Shown: positions 60,801-64,000 of the stretch, piece by piece
Layout: every line of letters begins with the position of its first letter
How positions within the stretch are numbered: the stretch's first letter is position 1
NCBI RefSeq assembly: GCF_964194155.1
Contig: NC_135901.1
Location: 32,550,001 to 32,614,000, forward strand
DNA from: Cetorhinus maximus
Taxonomy: Eukaryota
Reading direction: 5' to 3'
DNA length: 64,000 nucleotides
Translations under genes and position numbers: made by a program
The notes under the pieces: model-generated
What the model was told of the DNA's origin: nothing
Seen by the model: the letters and a program-made list of their open reading frames with translations, nothing else
The model's database searches: none

Positions 60801-62584
60801 CTGCAGGGATCTGCGAGGAACTCAGGATGTAGGTGTCGTGCACACTCCCTGGATACCGTGTGCACACCTGCAGGATGCATTTCTAGTGATCGCATGCCAG
60901 CTGCACGTTCAGTTGCACCCTTGTAGTTGATGAAGTCGGCCGAGTGTAGCAATCGAGACCAAAGTGCCACATGAGTGCAGTCAATTGCACCCGATACCTG
61001 TGGGAATCTAGAGATCAGGGTGAATCCAATGGCCCTTGCATCCTGGCTGTCCCGGTCCAGGGTGAAATGCATAAATTTGCGCACCATGGAGAAGATGGCA
61101 TCCGTGACCTTTTGGATTTTTTGTGGGTGGTGGATTGTGAAATCCCACAAAGGTCACCTGTGCAGCCCTGAAATGAACCACTGGCTTAGAAATTGAGCAC
61201 CGGGATCACTTTCACAGCCACTGGCAGTGGATGACCTCCATCTCCCCTTGGCGCCAAGTCCTGTGATCCACCAAGTCCCTAAACATGAGCAGTCGTCGGC
61301 CACATTTGCCCTGAATCATCTGCAGGGACGGCAGGCAGTCTCAATAGACCTAGGGTGTCGCTAGGCGCCGACCAGCCACGGCTCCCTGTCGCTCCTGGGC
61401 AGTGTGTGCGGGAGCCCCTGCTGCCCCTTCTTCATTAGTTTGCTGCTCGTGCCTTTGCATGAGCAGGTGCCTCAGTCCCAAGTTCCTGTAGGACAACAGG
61501 TATACAGCCAGGTCACCAAGATCCATAATGCTGACGGGGCCCTCCTGCCGCATGAAAGAGAGAGAGACGTGTTTATGATGGCTGTGCTTAGCACCTTTCC
61601 TGGCCCTGTGTGACTGGCCCTCAGCAATTACCGGAGAGGGCTGGTCACTCCTCGGATGCACAGAGATGAGTGCACTGCATGGCTGTGATGTCAACCTGGG
61701 ACATGGGGGTTACTGGTCCAAACGGGGATGCTGAGAGTACAAGGGGCTGTGGGCGCCTCCAGCAGCGACTGCTACATGGCCTGTGTTATTCAGGAGATTG
61801 TACAACGTGTGCAGGCCAACTGTTCCACGGCCCAATAAAGTGGTGGCGGACTCAATGTCTTTGCCGGGGGAAGTGGGGGACGGGGGTGTGGGCATAAGAT
61901 ATGGAGCGCTTGGTGGCCTTTCGGTGTCTCCGCATTGTTTCCAAGGGCGGACAGGCTAGGAGCCCGATCCCAATCATCACTGTGGCGCTTGCTCTGTCTT
62001 AGTTGTGGAGGGATGGGCAGTTTATACAGGTGTCCCTAATGAATAGCCACTTCCCTCGCTTGCCCTGCTCCCAACTCTATCGCCTGTGGGCGGGACGCAG
62101 CACCAGGGTAGCACTTAACAACCCCAAAGCAAACAACGGTCACCAACAAGGCTGGCCAACACTTGCCCCCGGACAGCCCTCACCCCTCACCAGTTGCCCC
62201 GGGGCCAGGCCTCAATTGCCTCCACCCCTCGGCGCCCCTGAGGCCTATCAACAACAGGGGAGTTGTGGAAAACGATGCTATTCACTGACCTCAGTTCCCC
62301 CAAAGTGATGGCCGCCAAGTTCATATCCCCTGCGTGCTGTTGTGAAACACCTCACTCTGCTTTCCCGGCGACGTGGGCGGGCGATTCGGCGGGGTTCCAA
62401 GAGCGTGGCGGGATGGCCTTTCAATTATATTCTAATTTTTTTACAATTAGCTCCCCGCCAACCGTAGGCAGGAAACTCAGATGATAGCAACATGCATTCA
62501 CGCCACCATGACGCAAGCCGTCCGATAATTTCCACGAAGGCCACCTCTCACGTCCGCCACCAGCCAGCTCAGAATATTCCTGCC
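57823..62584. mobile_element. Harbinger transposon, duplicate (Myb-like 58093-59789 +; transposase 60318-61526 -)
   Basis: Colinear with 11804-16511; retains FPQVSGAIDCTHVAL, and PWLMT..PQTAAERHYNEAHAAAR is in frame. Confidence 0.9.
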
Positions 62585-63718
62585 ATTGATTTTGGCTGCG
62601 GTAGAATGATTCCCAAAGACAATTCACTGACTGAGGTGATTCAGCCATTGAATAATTCCCGGTTGAACTTAATGTATTTATTGAAGGAACTTTATTAGGA
62701 ACAGAGACGATGACTGATCTCAAAACAATGTAAAAGTAGCCCTTTAATGGTACATTGGCATGTACCCCTCACTCACAGGGCAAAGTGTTTCTCTCCTCAG
62801 TTTCTCTGCTTGAGCCCAGCTTTGCTCTTGCATGTCCTAAATTGAGGGCTGCTGAGTGCGGGACATCCTTCTGCTCCTAACACCCGGCAATGCCTAGGAT
62901 TGTTCAAATATTCATTATTGTCTCCACATTAAGTGAAGGCCCAGAACTGGCGACATATTCTCGCCTTTCAGGTGCAAAGTTTTTATTTCAAGTAACCACC
63001 GTAGGATGTAGTTGATCCTTCGCCCCACCAGTGCAGTGCAGCACAGAGGAAGGGTCTGCATCTTCCTGCTCCAGAGTTTCAGATCGACACTGAGGATCCC
63101 AAGTGATTTTCAGTTGAAGGGCTCGGACTTTTTAGTGCACTCTGCGCAACTCTTCCTTCACCAAGCCAGAGACACGCTCATTGTCCTTTCACTTCCTTCT
63201 CTGAGTATATTTCTGAGCAGGCTGGCTGACTGCCGACTTTGCCATCAGCGACTAACTTTGCGGTCATTCGTTGAAAGGAGCCCATTTTATCCTGAGTGAG
63301 GAACAATTTTACTTTCGTCTCCACATCTATGGTTGGTTGTTTGTTTATTTACCCTCTTTGACATTTCTGTAATTATTTGCTGATGTGTGATTTTCTTGCA
63401 CATACGATGTTCCCGTGCTGGTTTCAATATGTCTTCAATTTCTTCATTTTCTCCTTTAGGTCTCACTGAAGCACTTTACATTCCCATGTCATTGCCCTGC
63501 CTCATTTTTAATCGGGATGACTATTTTAAATGCCCGAATAATTGCCGCTACCATAAGGGGTATTTTACTTTTAAGGGTCATAGCTCAAAAGATTAAATTT
63601 CACACATAATTCTGTAACACGAATGCATATGTTTGTGTGTGAACCCCCAGCTTCTCTACTCTCGTTCCTTCTGAAACACAAGAAGCTCTCTGTCTCCATC
63701 TCTCCCTTTCCATTACAG

Positions 63719-64000
63719 ATATCTTGGCAGTAATTGTGACCTTGTCTCGAAGAACTTGTGGTCTCTCTGGATGCATCTCTAATTACATGGTGTCCATGGC
63801 AGCGACAAATCTCCTGGTCATGACGGCAGCTGTAATATGGAACGTGATGGCTGGATTTATTTCACATTCAGTTTCTGGTCCACATTACCAGTGTGCAGCT
63901 TCGATTCTGCCTTAAATTATGCTGACATAGAAAGCTCTTCCTGGTTAACGGTCGCTTTCACCTTTGATCGATTTGTGGCTTTTTGTTGTCAGAATCTGAA
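63719..64000 (+). pseudogene. Duplicate of the 17646 GPCR pseudogene, cut off by the window end
   Basis: Near-identical to 17646-17920. It shares the frameshift after MAG (~63857) but retains TTGTCAG (CCQ), which is deleted in the first copy. Confidence 0.88.

Larger units (their letters stand above)
46200..64000 (+). repeat. Tandem segmental duplication, copy 2 (runs off the window end)
   Basis: Colinear with 142-17920. Confidence 0.98.

Noticed and set aside
1-64000. Prokaryotic or viral defence systems, tRNA or rRNA genes
   Set aside because: Spliced genes and vertebrate TEs throughout; no operon structure and no recognisable intact structural RNA gene.

Overview
This is repeat-rich eukaryotic DNA, most likely from a cartilaginous fish; that assignment is inferred from the CR1/L2, Penelope, Harbinger and Gmr1-type repeats and the GPR139-like receptor family. 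The window is part of a tandem segmental duplication with a period of about 46 kb: 142-17920 recurs at 46200-64000, and 1-143 matches 43002-43144. The complete unit carries one intact two-exon GPR139/GPR142-like class A GPCR gene (326 aa) and two pseudogenised paralogues. It also carries a two-gene PIF/Harbinger transposon, CR1 LINE fragments, and a Vingi/Ingi-like LINE inserted in one receptor pseudogene. A nested retroelement stack consists of an L2/CR1-group host LINE holding an inverted Penelope-like element with hammerhead-like motifs, a Gmr1-type Gypsy element with both LTRs and a TSD, and a CR1. The main biological signal is a birth-and-death cluster of atypical orphan GPR139-like receptors. 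Nearly all other ORFs in the track are transposon debris or chance ORFs. All alignments and identities were judged by eye.
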